Positions 13,728-25,693 of a stretch of DNA of 64,000 bases are shown here, in pieces. The DNA is from Octopus sinensis (taxonomy: Eukaryota): assembly GCF_006345805.1 (NCBI RefSeq), contig NC_042999.1, forward strand, positions 67,456,001 through 67,520,000, in the 5' to 3' direction. A program made the position numbers and the translations under genes. Every line of letters starts with the position of its first letter. Position 1 is the first letter of the stretch. The notes beneath the pieces are model-generated. The model had not been told where the DNA came from. It saw only the letters and a program-made list of their open reading frames with translations, and made no database searches.

Positions 13728-14206
13728 AAACATATATCCACATATAATTATACACATATATACATATACATATATACATATACAGATATTTTTTTTTGCA
13801 TATCATTTCATCTAGTTTCAGCTCACGAGCTGTGGCCATGCTGAGACACCGCCATTTGGTGTTGCTACATGATTTTACTTCACGAATGCTTTTTAGCAAT
13901 TGACATTTGGTGCATGAGAGAGTTTGATGCAGCTGCCCTCATCTGCACCTCCTGCCGTGAAGTTGGTTCATCTGGACACCTAACAAGAAGAGGTCCAGCT
14001 TTATTTTAAAGACATCTGCATCCACCCCATGCAGGTCTCTCAGGTCCTTCGGGACGATAAATATATATATATACATACGTATATACGATTATATATATAT
14101 ATACATATATACATGCATGCATATACATACACACATATACATATATACATATATATATACATACATATACATGTATGCATATATATACATATATCTATAT
14201 ACATAT

Positions 14207-14255
<49 letters not shown>

Positions 14256-14305
14256 TATATTATTTTAATTGTTTCAATCATTTGTCTGCGGCCAAGCTGG
14301 AGTAC

Positions 14306-14363
<58 letters not shown>

Positions 14364-14480
14364 CATTCATACAGACACAGTCATGCAAACACGTGTGCGT
14401 AAATACAAGTGCGTTTCTATGTGTATGTCTGTGTATGTGCATGTGTATGCGTGCATGTGTGTGTGTGTGTGTGTGTGAGT
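13330..14480. repeat. Compound (TA)n/(TATACA)n/(TG)n microsatellite field
   Basis: Seen directly. Confidence 0.9.
13790..14060 (-). mobile_element. CR1-type LINE extreme 3' fragment
   Basis: Near-identical to the 3' end of the LINE at 42465-42720. Confidence 0.75.
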
Positions 14481-14533
14481 TTGCGCCCACGTTCTCGAGT
14501 GCATAATTAACAACGAAACGCATGACAGACGCG

Positions 14534-14775
14534 TCATAGTGACGTCACATGTTCCTGTACGGAGACCACACGAAGCAGCGACGCTTGCTTTGTGAGACTT
14601 GAGTTCAGGTGTTGAGTTTCTGTATGTCGTCGTAGGTCAACTTTACGCTGGAAAGCCCGACCGCATTTGTCACAGGCGAACGGTTTGAATCCTGTGTGTT
14701 TGCGACTGTGTGTGATTAGATTTGATGACTGACTAAAAGCTTTACCGCACTGCAAACACCGATGTGGCTTCTCTC
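14534..14775 (-). CDS. Gfi1: Gfi1/senseless-family zinc finger protein, last coding exon (ZF5, ZF6, stop)
   Basis: Acceptor TTTCAG at 14776-14777, phase-compatible with the previous exon (G|GA). Reads [56 protein letters not shown], the Gfi1 ZF5-6 signature. TGA at 14536-14534. Confidence 0.95.
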
Positions 14776-14889
14776 CTGAAACGAACAAAAATACAGATAT
14801 ATATATACATATATACATACACATACAAATATATGTATAATTACGATTGGTTTTACAAATGGGAAAGAAGATAATACTTTCTATTATAA

Positions 14890-15455
14890 GCACAAGGCCT
14901 GAATTTCAGGGGAGGGGGCTAGTCGGTTACATCAACCCCACTACGAAAGGATGAAAGGCAAAGTCGACCTCGGCGGAATTTGAACTCAGAACGTAGCGGC
15001 AGACGAAATACCTATTTCTTTACTACCCACAAGGGGCTAAACAGAGAGAGGACAAACAAGGACAGACAAACGGATTAAGTCGATTATATCGACCCCAGTG
15101 CATAACTGGTACTTATTTAATCGACCCCGAAAGGATGAAAGGCAAAGTCGACCTCGGCGGAATTTGAACTCAGAACGTAACGGCAGACGAAATACCTATT
15201 TCTTTACTACCCACAAGGGGCTAAACACAGAGAGGACAAACAAGGACAGAAAAACGGATTAAGTCGATTACATCGACCCCAAGATACTTTATTTCACGTT
15301 GCTCCAGTGCGTAACTGGTACTTATTTACTCGACCCCGAAAGGATGAAAGACAAAGTCGACCTCGGTGGAATTTGAACTCAGAACGTAGCTGCAGACTAA
15401 ATACCGCTAAACATTTCGCCCGGTGTGCTAACGCTTCTGCCAGTTAGACGCCTTT
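14890..15455 (-). mobile_element. Tandem multimer of SINE family A (184-bp period)
   Basis: Three to four partial units in tandem. Confidence 0.8.
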
Positions 15456-15534
15456 GGAAAGAAGATAATACATAAGAAAAGAATGTGTGTGCGTGGGAGA
15501 GAGATAGACAGAGACAGACAAACAGAAAGAATGA

Positions 15535-15840
15535 AGGCGCGTGGCTTAGTGGTTAAGGTTTTCGGCTCACGATCGTAAGGCCGTAAGTTCGATTGCTGGC
15601 GGTGCTTCGTCCTTGAGCAAGATATTTTATTTCACGTTGCTCCAGTTCACTCAGCTGGCAAAATCGAGTTGTACCTGCAATTCAGAGAGCAAGCTTTGTC
15701 ACAGTTTGTGTCACGCTGAATCTCTGACAACTACGTTAAGGGTACGTGTGTCAGTGGAGTGCTCAGCCACTTGCACGTTAATTTCATGAGCAGGCTGTTC
15801 TGTTGATCGTATCAACGAAAGCACTTACCATCGTATGAGT
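15535..15840 (+). mobile_element. tRNA-derived SINE (family C)
   Basis: GGCGCGTGGCTTAGTGG box A, AGTTCGATT box B and a TCCTTGAGCAAG body. The tail recurs at about 37670-37790. Confidence 0.7.
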
Positions 15841-15968
15841 GCGCAAGCAAACTTTGTGTCCACACCTATACTTAATCCGTGCTACCATTCACAATCTGTT
15901 ATGTCAGTGAGTTTTCACATTTATCTACAGCAATCAAGCGACATTAACGATATTTTTGATACATTCTA

Positions 15969-16526
15969 TTGGGTTGTCCGGAAAGTTCGTGCCGATTTAT
16001 ACTAGCTTACCTTTCGACTTATTTTAGAACATGGTTGAGCCCATAAAATAGGATTTGACTTAACCTCCATTTAGAGTACAGTTTAAGCTATCTTTTCGTG
16101 GAAGAAGGTTTATGTTCCTATAACCTGTGTTAATTCTGTAACCCTTTAAAATGGAAGATAAGAAAGTTCATTTTCGGTATTTGGGAATCAGACAAAAATT
16201 GCTGCAGCTCGGCTGGGATGTGTTACCCCCACCCTCCATATTCACCAGATATTGTTCCTTCGGATTTCCACTTATTCAGGTCTCTGCAGAATAGTGTTAA
16301 TGGTAAAAATTTCAATTCCTTGGATGGCGTAAAAAGATACCTTGATGAATTCTTTGCCATGAAACCACCTGAATTCTGGGAAGAGGGTATTTTCAAGTTA
16401 AAGGAAAGATGGAGAAGCATTGTGCAACATATTGTTGATATTTGGTTGATTAAAAACGTAATGGCAAGTATTTATTGACCTTTATCTTTCCTTTAAAAAT
16501 CGGCACGAACTTTCCGGACAATCCAA
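15969..16526 (+). mobile_element. Internally deleted mariner element
   Basis: TIRs TTGGGTTGTCCGGAAAGTTCGTGCCGATTT / AAATCGGCACGAACTTTCCGGACAATCCAA. ORF 16218-16478 reads HPPYSPDIVPSDFHLFRSLQNS (mariner YSPDL/D34D region). Confidence 0.9.
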
Positions 16527-16588
16527 TGATTATTTGCTATAGAAACATCCTTGACATTTTATACATACATACATTCATACATACATAT

Positions 16589-16644
<56 letters not shown>

Positions 16645-16646
16645 AT

Positions 16647-16736
<90 letters not shown>

Positions 16737-16841
16737 CTTTTACAATAGTATTGGCATAAACCTCTTAAGTTGTTCAATAACTCCTGTTAGTATTCACAAC
16801 TAAAGAAAACATAGAAATATCTATTTATGTGTTTGAACATG

Positions 16842-16894
<53 letters not shown>

Positions 16895-18061
16895 AATTAC
16901 ATCATGAAAAGTCAGTTCGGAAATGTAAAACACATCTACAGTCTTGTATTGATTTCCAGGTCGTAGATGCATGATGAAACCTTTGACACTTTGTAAGATA
17001 CAGTAGAATAAAACATAAGGGAGAATCACAACATATATGAGCGTGTTTTAAAGGGCTTCTATGACTGACGATTGATCCTTTCCGTTGCAACACATAACTC
17101 AGTCTTATCTCAACTTTAGTCTACTTAACTCTCAGCGGATTTTATTTGGGCGCTTTTAGTTTATTAGGTCAATAGGTCAGAGATGGATTAAGCGCTTGTT
17201 GAAAACCCCACTTTTCCCGCACTGCAGATATTTGCCCCTGTTTTACTTACAAAAATAGTTCACAGAACTCAGTCGGTAGAGTATCAAAGTGTTACTTATC
17301 CAATACGTAACTTAAGCGATCTGAGGTTTGCGGGTTCAAATTCCTCTGTGGGCGATACAATACTCTTTACAATGACAGTGCCCCAGCATGACCGCAGCCC
17401 ACAGACTGAAACGGTTAAAAGAGTAATAATCTAACCTTTCACTTTAGATTGTTTAAAACTGAACCTCACCCATGACTCCTTTCGGGACTTTTGAGAGAGA
17501 TAGAAGAAAGAGTGAATGTTATGATCAGATTTAAAACCTGACCTGAATATCTGCAACAAGATAGATTCTGTTGAAGACATTTTGAAGACATCCCAGGTCA
17601 GGTGATGATGTTAAACCAGATGACGGATTAAAGTACTTAAAGCACGTTTCTCACAACCATCACATTCTTTTTTAAAGACAGCAGTAATGTGGTTGATCAC
17701 ATCAACAGTGGCATAGTTAAAGTGGGTGTGCCCTCCCAATCAGGGGCAGCCTTTGAGTTTGCGGTGCCCCCACATTGTCCGAAGCTTGTATCGGATTATA
17801 CAACTTATACAGAACACCCCCAAAGTGCCGCCACCATAAAAGCGTCATCCAGGACCAAGCGTCACTCTCGTCACCCACTGGCTACGTTGCTGCAACTGAC
17901 TTCATAGAAGCTCTTCTGTTAGAGAAATTAATAAAAAAAATTAGTAAGATGCTTTTTGAGTGTTTTGTTTCTTATACAGTAAATACTTTACTGCATAGTA
18001 CAAAGTGTCAAAAGGTTTCGTCGTGCTTCTATAACCTAGACATCGGTACAAGACCGCATAT

Positions 18062-18360
18062 CAGGCGTCGGCGAACCGGGGTAAATTACCCTAAGTGAGG
18101 TAAAAATGAAATTCCTGGGGGTAATGAGGACGCATTAGACAAGTAAAATTATATTTAAAAAAAGTGTTCCTTGTTATGACAGAATTTTTTCTTCTGACAA
18201 CACTGTGTCTATCCAGTGTAAATAGATTCAATAAAATAGATTTAATAAACCTTTTGAATTCAAAGAATTTATGATTTTCTTCCTTTCAAATCAAGAGGGT
18301 GACGTCGGCGTAAATAAATATATTTTGGGGTAATTTGTTAATAAACTTCCCCGACCCCTG
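18062..18360. mobile_element. hAT-type MITE in the last Gfi1 intron
   Basis: TIRs CAGGCGTCGGCGAAC / CTTCCCCGACCCCTG. 8-bp TSD CCGCATAT / CCGTATAT (one mismatch). Confidence 0.75.
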
Positions 18361-18432
18361 CCGTATATGACTTTTCGCGGTGTAATTACATCTAAATATT
18401 AACGTTAGTCGACCCGTTTTTGATCTACTTAC

Positions 18433-19671
18433 CTGTGTGTATATAGGTGTGTTTCTTCATATCAGATTTCTGATGGAATCTTTTCCCACAATAAGGGCAC
18501 GGATATGGGCGAGTATCACTATGTATCAGTAAATGTGTGGAAAGCGTTGAAGACCTTTTAAAAGATTTTCCGCATTGCTGACACTCGAACGTTCGCTCCT
18601 GGGTGTGGACTGACCTATGATGGCTCAAACTGACAGCGTGACCGAACGTCTTCTGGCACACGTCACACGCATATGGTCTTGAACCTGTATGAGATCGCCG
18701 TACATGCACTTCGAGTCCATGAGGTGTGCCAAATAGTTTGTTGCAGTTGATACATTCAAACGTCGATGAAGTGGAGTCGGGCGCCGCCATGCTACTGTGG
18801 AGATGGCAATTATTATTAGTATTACTGTTATTGTTGTTGCTGTTGTTGTTGTTGTTGTTACTACAACTTTTATTATTATTATTATTATTAATATTATTGT
18901 TGTTATTATTAATGTTATTGTTTGGGTTATTATTGAGGATGTCGTAATGGATGGCCTGTCTATCTACATGAATACTATTTATACTACTGATGCTGTTGTT
19001 GTTGTTGTTGTTGATGATATTGTTGCTGTTGCCATAGTTATAACTGTTGTCGCTCAGATGCTCACTTCCGCCATCCGGAACATTACGTAATTCTGGGATA
19101 GCTGATGACCCTTGACTAGACGAGAGCAAGTTGGACGAAAACGACGACGACGACGACGACGATGACGACAACGACGATGATGATGATGAAGAGGACGCTA
19201 AAGCTGATGAGGTCGATAGGGAATTCGGATATGATGATGAAATGGAAGATACAGAGGCTAAAGTTGATGTTGAGGAAGCGGAAGAAGAAACGGAAGATAT
19301 TGACGATGTGGGGTTAATAGTCAATATTGGTGATGAGGTTGATGATGGTGGTAGAGACGGTGTTGATGACGTAACTATACTGCCATTACACTCAAGGAAA
19401 TTTAAGTTCTCTGGATAACTATTTGGCTTATTCAAAGGATTTTGGTACCAAAATTGGTAATCGAGCGTAAATGGGAGAGGTGGTGCTACAGCTTGGTCCC
19501 CGTAAACGTTCTTTTTGGTCAAGTAAATATCTGTAAATAATGAGCGGTTGGTATCTTGGGACACTGGCGGTGGTGGCGTTACAAATGGCAATCCGTTCTG
19601 GTTGGTACTTAAGCTGTTTTGGTACATGTTCTGTATAGGGTACTTGCCTGGTACATACACAGTACCTTGAA
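18433..19671 (-). CDS. Gfi1: Gfi1/senseless-family zinc finger protein, large internal exon (Ser/Asn-rich linker, ZF1-ZF4)
   Basis: Acceptor ATTTCAG at 19672-19673 and donor GTAAGT at 18432. 1239 nt, phase 1 at both ends. Fingers include [45 protein letters not shown] and [18 protein letters not shown], diagnostic of Gfi1/Gfi1b/sens/pag-3. Confidence 0.95.
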
Positions 19672-19789
19672 CTGAAATGGAATTAAATGACACGTGATAA
19701 GTATAGGACTGAGATCATTAAACATACAAATTATACAAATATATATATACAAATAAATTAATATGCTAGCAGAATCATTAGCACGCCGA

Positions 19790-20110
19790 GCGAATTGCTA
19801 AGCGGTATTTCGTCTGCCGCTACGTTCTGAGTTCAAATTCCGCCGAGGTCAACTTTGCCTTTCATCCTTTCGAGGTCGATAAATTAAGTACCAGTTACGC
19901 ACTGGGGTCGATATAATCGACTTAATCCGTTTTTCTGTCCTTGTTTGTCCTCTCTGTGTTTAGCCCCTTGTGGGTAGTAAAGAAATAGGTATTTCTCTGT
20001 TTTTACGTTCTGAGTTCAAATTCCGTCGAGGGCAACTTTGCCTTTCATCCTTTCCGGATAAATAAAATAACTATCAGTTGAACACTTGAGTTGATGTAAT
20101 CGACAAAACT
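19790..20110 (+). mobile_element. SINE family A (1.5-mer)
   Basis: Matches the other family A copies. Confidence 0.75.
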
Positions 20111-20535
20111 ACTGAGTATAAAAACTATAACCCTCTGCTGAGCCAGCTTGGCAGAGCAGGCTCATCAAACCAATATGATCTCATGCTGTTCTCTGGTGGA
20201 GAGAACATGCTGAGACGTACCTCCTGCAGAGGATTGAACATGGGCAATCCAATCCAATCCCGTCTAAATTAACATAGTTATGGCTATGTTTTATGTAACA
20301 TCTTTTATAAATGACGCAAAAAATTATAGAACGCTTGTTCTTGTTATATACGTGTTCATCCATGTTCTATTTATTCGTTACTCTTTCGAGCTATTCATTT
20401 CTTATAGCTATCTGTATCGACTATGCTATCGCATGTCGTTACACACCACTTGTCACAATGTGGTTCCTCGCTGGCTAGGCGGGCCGGCCAACATCTCTCT
20501 GAACGTGTGAACAAACCAGATACTCGGCTACTAGC

Positions 20536-20576
<41 letters not shown>

Positions 20577-20603
20577 GTCCGGAATCAACTGAAGTCGAAC
20601 AGT

Positions 20604-20653
20604 CCATACTAATGAGGCAACGAAAACTGCCGAAACTGACCGGTCGATATAGG
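20604..20653 (+). ncRNA. Degenerate hammerhead motif (G5>A core change)
   Basis: CCAUA-CUAAUGA-GGCA ACGAAAAC UGCC-GAAA-CUGACCGGUC-GAUAUAGG. Perfect helix II, GACCGGUC palindrome, damaged core and helix I junction. Next to (TA)n. Confidence 0.45.
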
Positions 20654-21263
20654 GAATTCTTGATGGGTGTTTTCGGGCGTTTATAGTCCCTGTCAATATA
20701 TATGTTTGCAATTATGTGCTTTGACTACATCATTAGAACATCTTAGCTCTTATTTCTAACAATGTAGGTGTTTCTAACACCCTAGTCATATTTAGCGACA
20801 ATTATAGTTTTCCTTTTTGGTAAAACATTGCACACTGCTGTCTTCATTAATTATATGTGGGCGTGTGTGTGTGTGTATTCCAGGGGATGACAAGTTTACA
20901 GAAGCTATATTCGGCCACTTAGACTAAAGTCTGAAAATAAATAAACAATGCGTTATGCCTACAAAATACAGACACTAGAAAACGTAACAGAAATTGACAG
21001 AAACAAATCAAATTCTAACACATCCTGTTTCTCACACACACAGTAATTAAGGCAATCGTTTAAATATTAAGTAGAGCGTCAAAAGAAGTATTGCAAGGCA
21101 ATTTTTTTCCGACACTCTTACGATTCTGTCCAAATAATAATAAATAGCAATGTCAAAAAAGAATAACAAAAGAGCAACAAGAAAGAACTTTCAAAATGGA
21201 GGACATATACATTGGGTGATTCGGAAGACAAATTAAAAGCGTAACCATTGAAGTGATTATATA

Positions 21264-21638
21264 CAGGGTGATTCAAAAGTCGCCGTAATAGGAACAATCT
21301 ATCTTTTTATAAAAAACAGTTTATAAGAACAGTTTTTTTTTTAACTGAACAGGCTCTATATGGTTACCATTGTTTTGACTACTCATTGCAATACGTTTAC
21401 CCCACTCATTGTGAACTCGTAACAGCACATCTGGTGATACGTGTGCAAATGACTAGGTGATGCGTTCCTTCAAATGATTTATGTCTTTTATCTTTCCGCG
21501 ATACACCATGCCTTTCAAATGCTCCCAAAGATAGAAATCAAGAGGGGTCAGATCAGGGGTTCTAGGGAATCTTATAAACTGTTTCCTATTAAAAAAAAAA
21601 AAAATTTGCCTATGTATGGAGACTTTTGAGTCACCCTG
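21264..21638 (-). mobile_element. Tc1/mariner deletion derivative
   Basis: TIRs CAGGGTGATTCAAAAGTC / GACTTTTGAGTCACCCTG with TA flanks. The minus strand reads RTPDLTPLDFYLWEHLKGMVYRGKIKDINHLKERI. Confidence 0.85.
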
Positions 21639-21660
21639 TAGGAGATTGATTGCAACTTAC

Positions 21661-21766
21661 GTGATTTTGAGTCGTTATCGATCCAGGGTCGAAATGCCGT
21701 GTAGTCTCCACCAACTGTAGTAATACGAGTGGCTTCTTCTTTCTTAATCACCAAAGAACAAGGCAT
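21661..21766 (-). CDS. Gfi1: Gfi1 first coding exon (putative), SNAG-like N-terminus
   Basis: ATG at 21766 gives MPCSLVIKKEEATRITTVGGDYTAFRPWIDNDSKS, then a phase-1 GTAAGT donor at 21660 that joins in frame (C|TT) to the 19671 acceptor. An upstream acceptor (TTTACAG, 21799-21800) implies a further 5' exon that was not located. Confidence 0.75.
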
Positions 21767-22289
21767 ATTAGTTGTTGAACCTGGCTCCTTGGCAGCAACT
21801 GTAAACGTAAAACAAATTGACATGCAAACACATTAGCTTTATATGACAGTATAAAAGGAAAGGGAAGAAAGGAGACTGATAAAGACAACGTTGATGGTGG
21901 CGGTAAAGTAACAGAGTAACAGCGAAGAACAAAATGCTTTGCAGTACATGTTCCGATTCTCTGCACTCCGAGTTCGAATCCCGCAGAGGCCAACTTTGCA
22001 GTTCATCTCTTTCGATGCCGATCAATTAAAGTACCAGTGCAAATTCCAAATGACACTAGATTGGTCTCAGATAATGGTGATGGTAGGTTTAATCTGTCAC
22101 CCAGTTTAACACCACAAACTGGTCCTTGGGTACTTATAACGGAGCACATTTTGTTGCAAGTATTCGAAACGAGTTTCCAAGTTTGATGACAACATAACAT
22201 AGTTGTGGAAAGATGGGGTGGGGGTCAGGCGAAAGCATCTGTTCCAGACGACGTTTTTATGGCACCATCACTTCTGGGTCTGCTGTATA

Positions 22290-22520
22290 AACTTGTATAA
22301 ACGAGGACCTAATGGCGAGTTGGCTGAATCGTTATAATGTTGGTGAAAAACTGCCTTGCAATATTTCTTCAGGGTCTTTACCTTTTGAGTTCAAATAGCA
22401 CCGATGTCGACTTTGCCTTTCATCCTTTCGGGGTCGAAAAAATAAGTACCAGTTGAACACTATAATCGATGTAATCGTCTATTTCCCTCACCAAATTTCA
22501 AGCTTTGGGATTATACTAGA
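22290..22520 (+). mobile_element. SINE family A, older copy
   Basis: Central CTTTGCCTTTCATCCTTTCGGGGTCGA motif. Confidence 0.7.
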
Positions 22521-22521
22521 A

Positions 22522-22577
<56 letters not shown>

Positions 22578-22579
22578 TG

Positions 22580-23135
22580 AGAGAGAGAGCAGTGCATGCC
22601 ATCAAAGTGACACTGGGGTAAAATATACGAAGCCCAGTATACCCATCATGACTACCCGTCTGATAAGGGTACACTAGGCACATGCATCATAACCATAAGT
22701 GCGCGACATGGTGATCGCATATCAAGATAAAAAGCACATGACCTTGCAGGTGGGGCCTAGTTAGGATTTTCTTCAGGTCGAATAATCCATCCCGCTCAAA
22801 AGGTCCCTGAATAAGGATTGTTTAAGGATGCTGAACGAAACACCCATGTTTCGAGAGGTGATTTATTCAAACTCCAAAATAATCCTTTTCAACACATGGC
22901 TATGATGCTCCCTTACTACTTCTGCTCGTGATCAGAGATGCACATATCGTCAGCCACTAAGGGACATGGTCAACTGGTTAAGGTCAAACAACTGACAAGC
23001 AAATATTTGGTATTGAGCAGAATATTTGCTGTAACCCATCTTTTATACCAAGACAAAGCAATGTACATGATAACACTTCCAATCAGTTAAGATCAGAAGC
23101 CATGAGAGCCACTGCTTGGTACTGCATCAGGGCAT
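22580..23135. repeat. Unclassified interspersed repeat (reverse copy at about 55940-56575; fragments near 12640-12900 and 60150-60240)
   Basis: GAGAGCAGTGCATGCCATCAAAGTGACACTGGGGTAAAATATACGAAGCCCAG... recurs in both orientations. Confidence 0.7.
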
Positions 23136-23140
23136 TTATT

Positions 23141-23204
<64 letters not shown>

Positions 23205-23205
<1 letters not shown>

Positions 23206-23640
23206 AGGCGGCGAGCTGGCAGAATCGTTAGCGCACTGGGTAAAATACTTAGCGGCATTTCGTCCGTCTTTACGTTCTGAGGTCAAATTCCACCAAGGTT
23301 GGCTGTCTTTCATTTTTCGGGGTCGATAAAATAAGCACCTGTTAGACACTGGGGTCGATGCAATCGACTTGCATCATACCCCAAAACTGCAGCCCCTGGG
23401 CCAAAATTTGAAACCAAAATATTACTATTATGGCGGCGAGCTGGTGGAATTGTTAGCACGTCGGGGAAAATGCTTAGCAGAATTTCATCCCCTTTTAATG
23501 TTCTGAGGTCAAGTTCTGCCGAGGTCAACTTCGCATTTCATTCTTTCGGGATCGATAAAATAAGTACCATTTGAAGAATGAAGTCGATATAATCGACTTA
23601 TTGCCTTCCTCAAAATTTCAGGCCTTGTGCCTATCGTAGA
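23205..23640 (+). mobile_element. Two SINE family A copies
   Basis: GGCGGCGAGCTGG heads at about 23207 and 23452. Confidence 0.75.
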
Positions 23641-23646
23641 AAGATA

Positions 23647-23692
<46 letters not shown>

Positions 23693-24070
23693 TATTATCA
23701 TTATTATTATTATTATTATTATTAGCAGCAGCAGCGGCGGCGGCGGCAGCTTCTGATAAATTATAAGTGTGACTCAACGGGCTAGAGTAACATAACTCAG
23801 TTGAGAAGCATTTGCACAAAATATTTCTCCAATCTGTCCTTTCCTATAGCTTCATAGCTGGTAAATTACACACACGTGCGCGGGCACGCACACATACACA
23901 GACACACACGCGCGTTTACACATATACTTACGTATATATATTACAGACATGCACACACACACACACACACACATACATAGGTGTATTATAGCTATGTATA
24001 TATATATATATACATGTATATACATACATACATACATACATATATATATATATACGTATGTATATATTAC

Positions 24071-24106
<36 letters not shown>

Positions 24107-24640
24107 TTTATGTATATTATGTGTGTGTGTGTACTCGTATATATATATTAATTTATATATGTATGTATTCTTTTACTTGTTTCAGTCATTTGACTGCAGC
24201 CATGCTGGAGCACCGCATTTAGTCGAACAAATCGATCCTAGGACTTATTCTTTGTAAGCGTAGTACTTATTCTATCGCTTACTTTTGCCGAACCGCTACA
24301 TTACTGGGACGTAAACACACCAGCATCGGTGTCAAGGGATGGTAGGGGAGAAGCAGACACACAAATACATTATACATATATATATACACATACATACATA
24401 TATATATATATATGTATGTATATATGTATATATATATGTATGTATAATGTATATATATATATATATGTATGTATATATATATGTATATATATATATATGT
24501 ATGTATATATATATATGTATATATATATGTATGTATATATATATGTATGCATATATGTATATATATAATATATATATATATGTATGTATACATAAATATG
24601 TATGTATATATAAATATGTATGTATATATAAATATGTATG

Positions 24641-24673
<33 letters not shown>

Positions 24674-24832
24674 GTGTGTATGTATATATATATGTGTGTA
24701 TGTATATATATATGTATATATATATATATATATGAATATATATATGTATATATATATATATATATACATGTATATACATACATACATACATATATATATA
24801 TACATGTATATACATACATACATATATTATAT

Positions 24833-24889
<57 letters not shown>

Positions 24890-25045
24890 GTAAAATCTGC
24901 AGTTCAAATTCTTGGAGAGAAAGCATTATATTGTCATAATTTATTAACAATTAATTAATTCTACCCCTTTTTTGATGACTATATATATATATATACATGT
25001 ATATACATACATAATATATATATATATATACATGTATATACATAC

Positions 25046-25130
<85 letters not shown>

Positions 25131-25217
25131 TATATATAATGTTTTGAATAGTTAGAAAGAGCATTTCGATAGACGCACATGGGTCTATTGATATGGTCTT
25201 CCCATCATTAACAGGAA

Positions 25218-25290
25218 TCTTACTGAAGAGCCAGCCTGAGTAAATAAATACTATTTTTATTACTGAATTTGGCGAAACTGCAGTATAAGA
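25218..25290 (+). ncRNA. Type I hammerhead ribozyme, intact consensus
   Basis: UCUUA-CUGAAGA-GCCA[long hairpin loop]UGGC-GAAA-CUGCAG-UA-UAAGA. Helix I is 5 bp, helix II is 4 bp with G10.1-C11.1, helix III is the palindrome ACUGCAGU. GUA cleavage predicted after 25285. Confidence 0.85.
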
Positions 25291-25621
25291 AAAGTTAAGT
25301 TTGTAAAAGTTTTTAATTTTCATCTCACTAAATTTATCCAGCTATTGTGTATCTAGTGCACTCTTCGCCTTGAATATAATGATATATGTATAATATATGG
25401 CGTGTACTGGTACACCGGCGATTATAATTAATTTTATTGTATCGCATTTATCTTTGTTTACATATTCTCTCGATAAATTTCTGACCGTTAGACGATATAC
25501 CACAATCCCCTATTTTGTCGGGTTTGTTCTGAGTCTGCGCAGTGTTTTGAATAGTTTAGAAAGAGCATTTCGATAGACGCACATGGGTCTATTGATATGG
25601 TCTTCCCATCATTAACAGGAA

Positions 25622-25693
25622 TCTTACTGAAGAGCCAGCTGAGTAAATAAATACTATTTTTATTACTGAATTTGGCGAAACTGCAGTATAAGA
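25622..25693 (+). ncRNA. Type I hammerhead ribozyme, second intact copy
   Basis: Same fold as 25218-25290. Cleavage predicted after 25688. Confidence 0.85.

Noticed and set aside
14890-15455. Regularly spaced repeats resembling a CRISPR array
   Set aside because: This is a eukaryotic SINE multimer. The whole unit repeats, with no unique spacers and no cas genes.
18726-19418. Plus-strand poly-Leu, poly-Val/Ile and poly-Asp ORFs
   Set aside because: They are antisense shadows of the Asn/Ser trinucleotide tracts in the Gfi1 exon.
19672-19693. Start of the 422-aa ORF given in the track (MSFNSIS)
   Set aside because: It is intronic. A strong acceptor at 19672-19673 joins in frame to the upstream exon.
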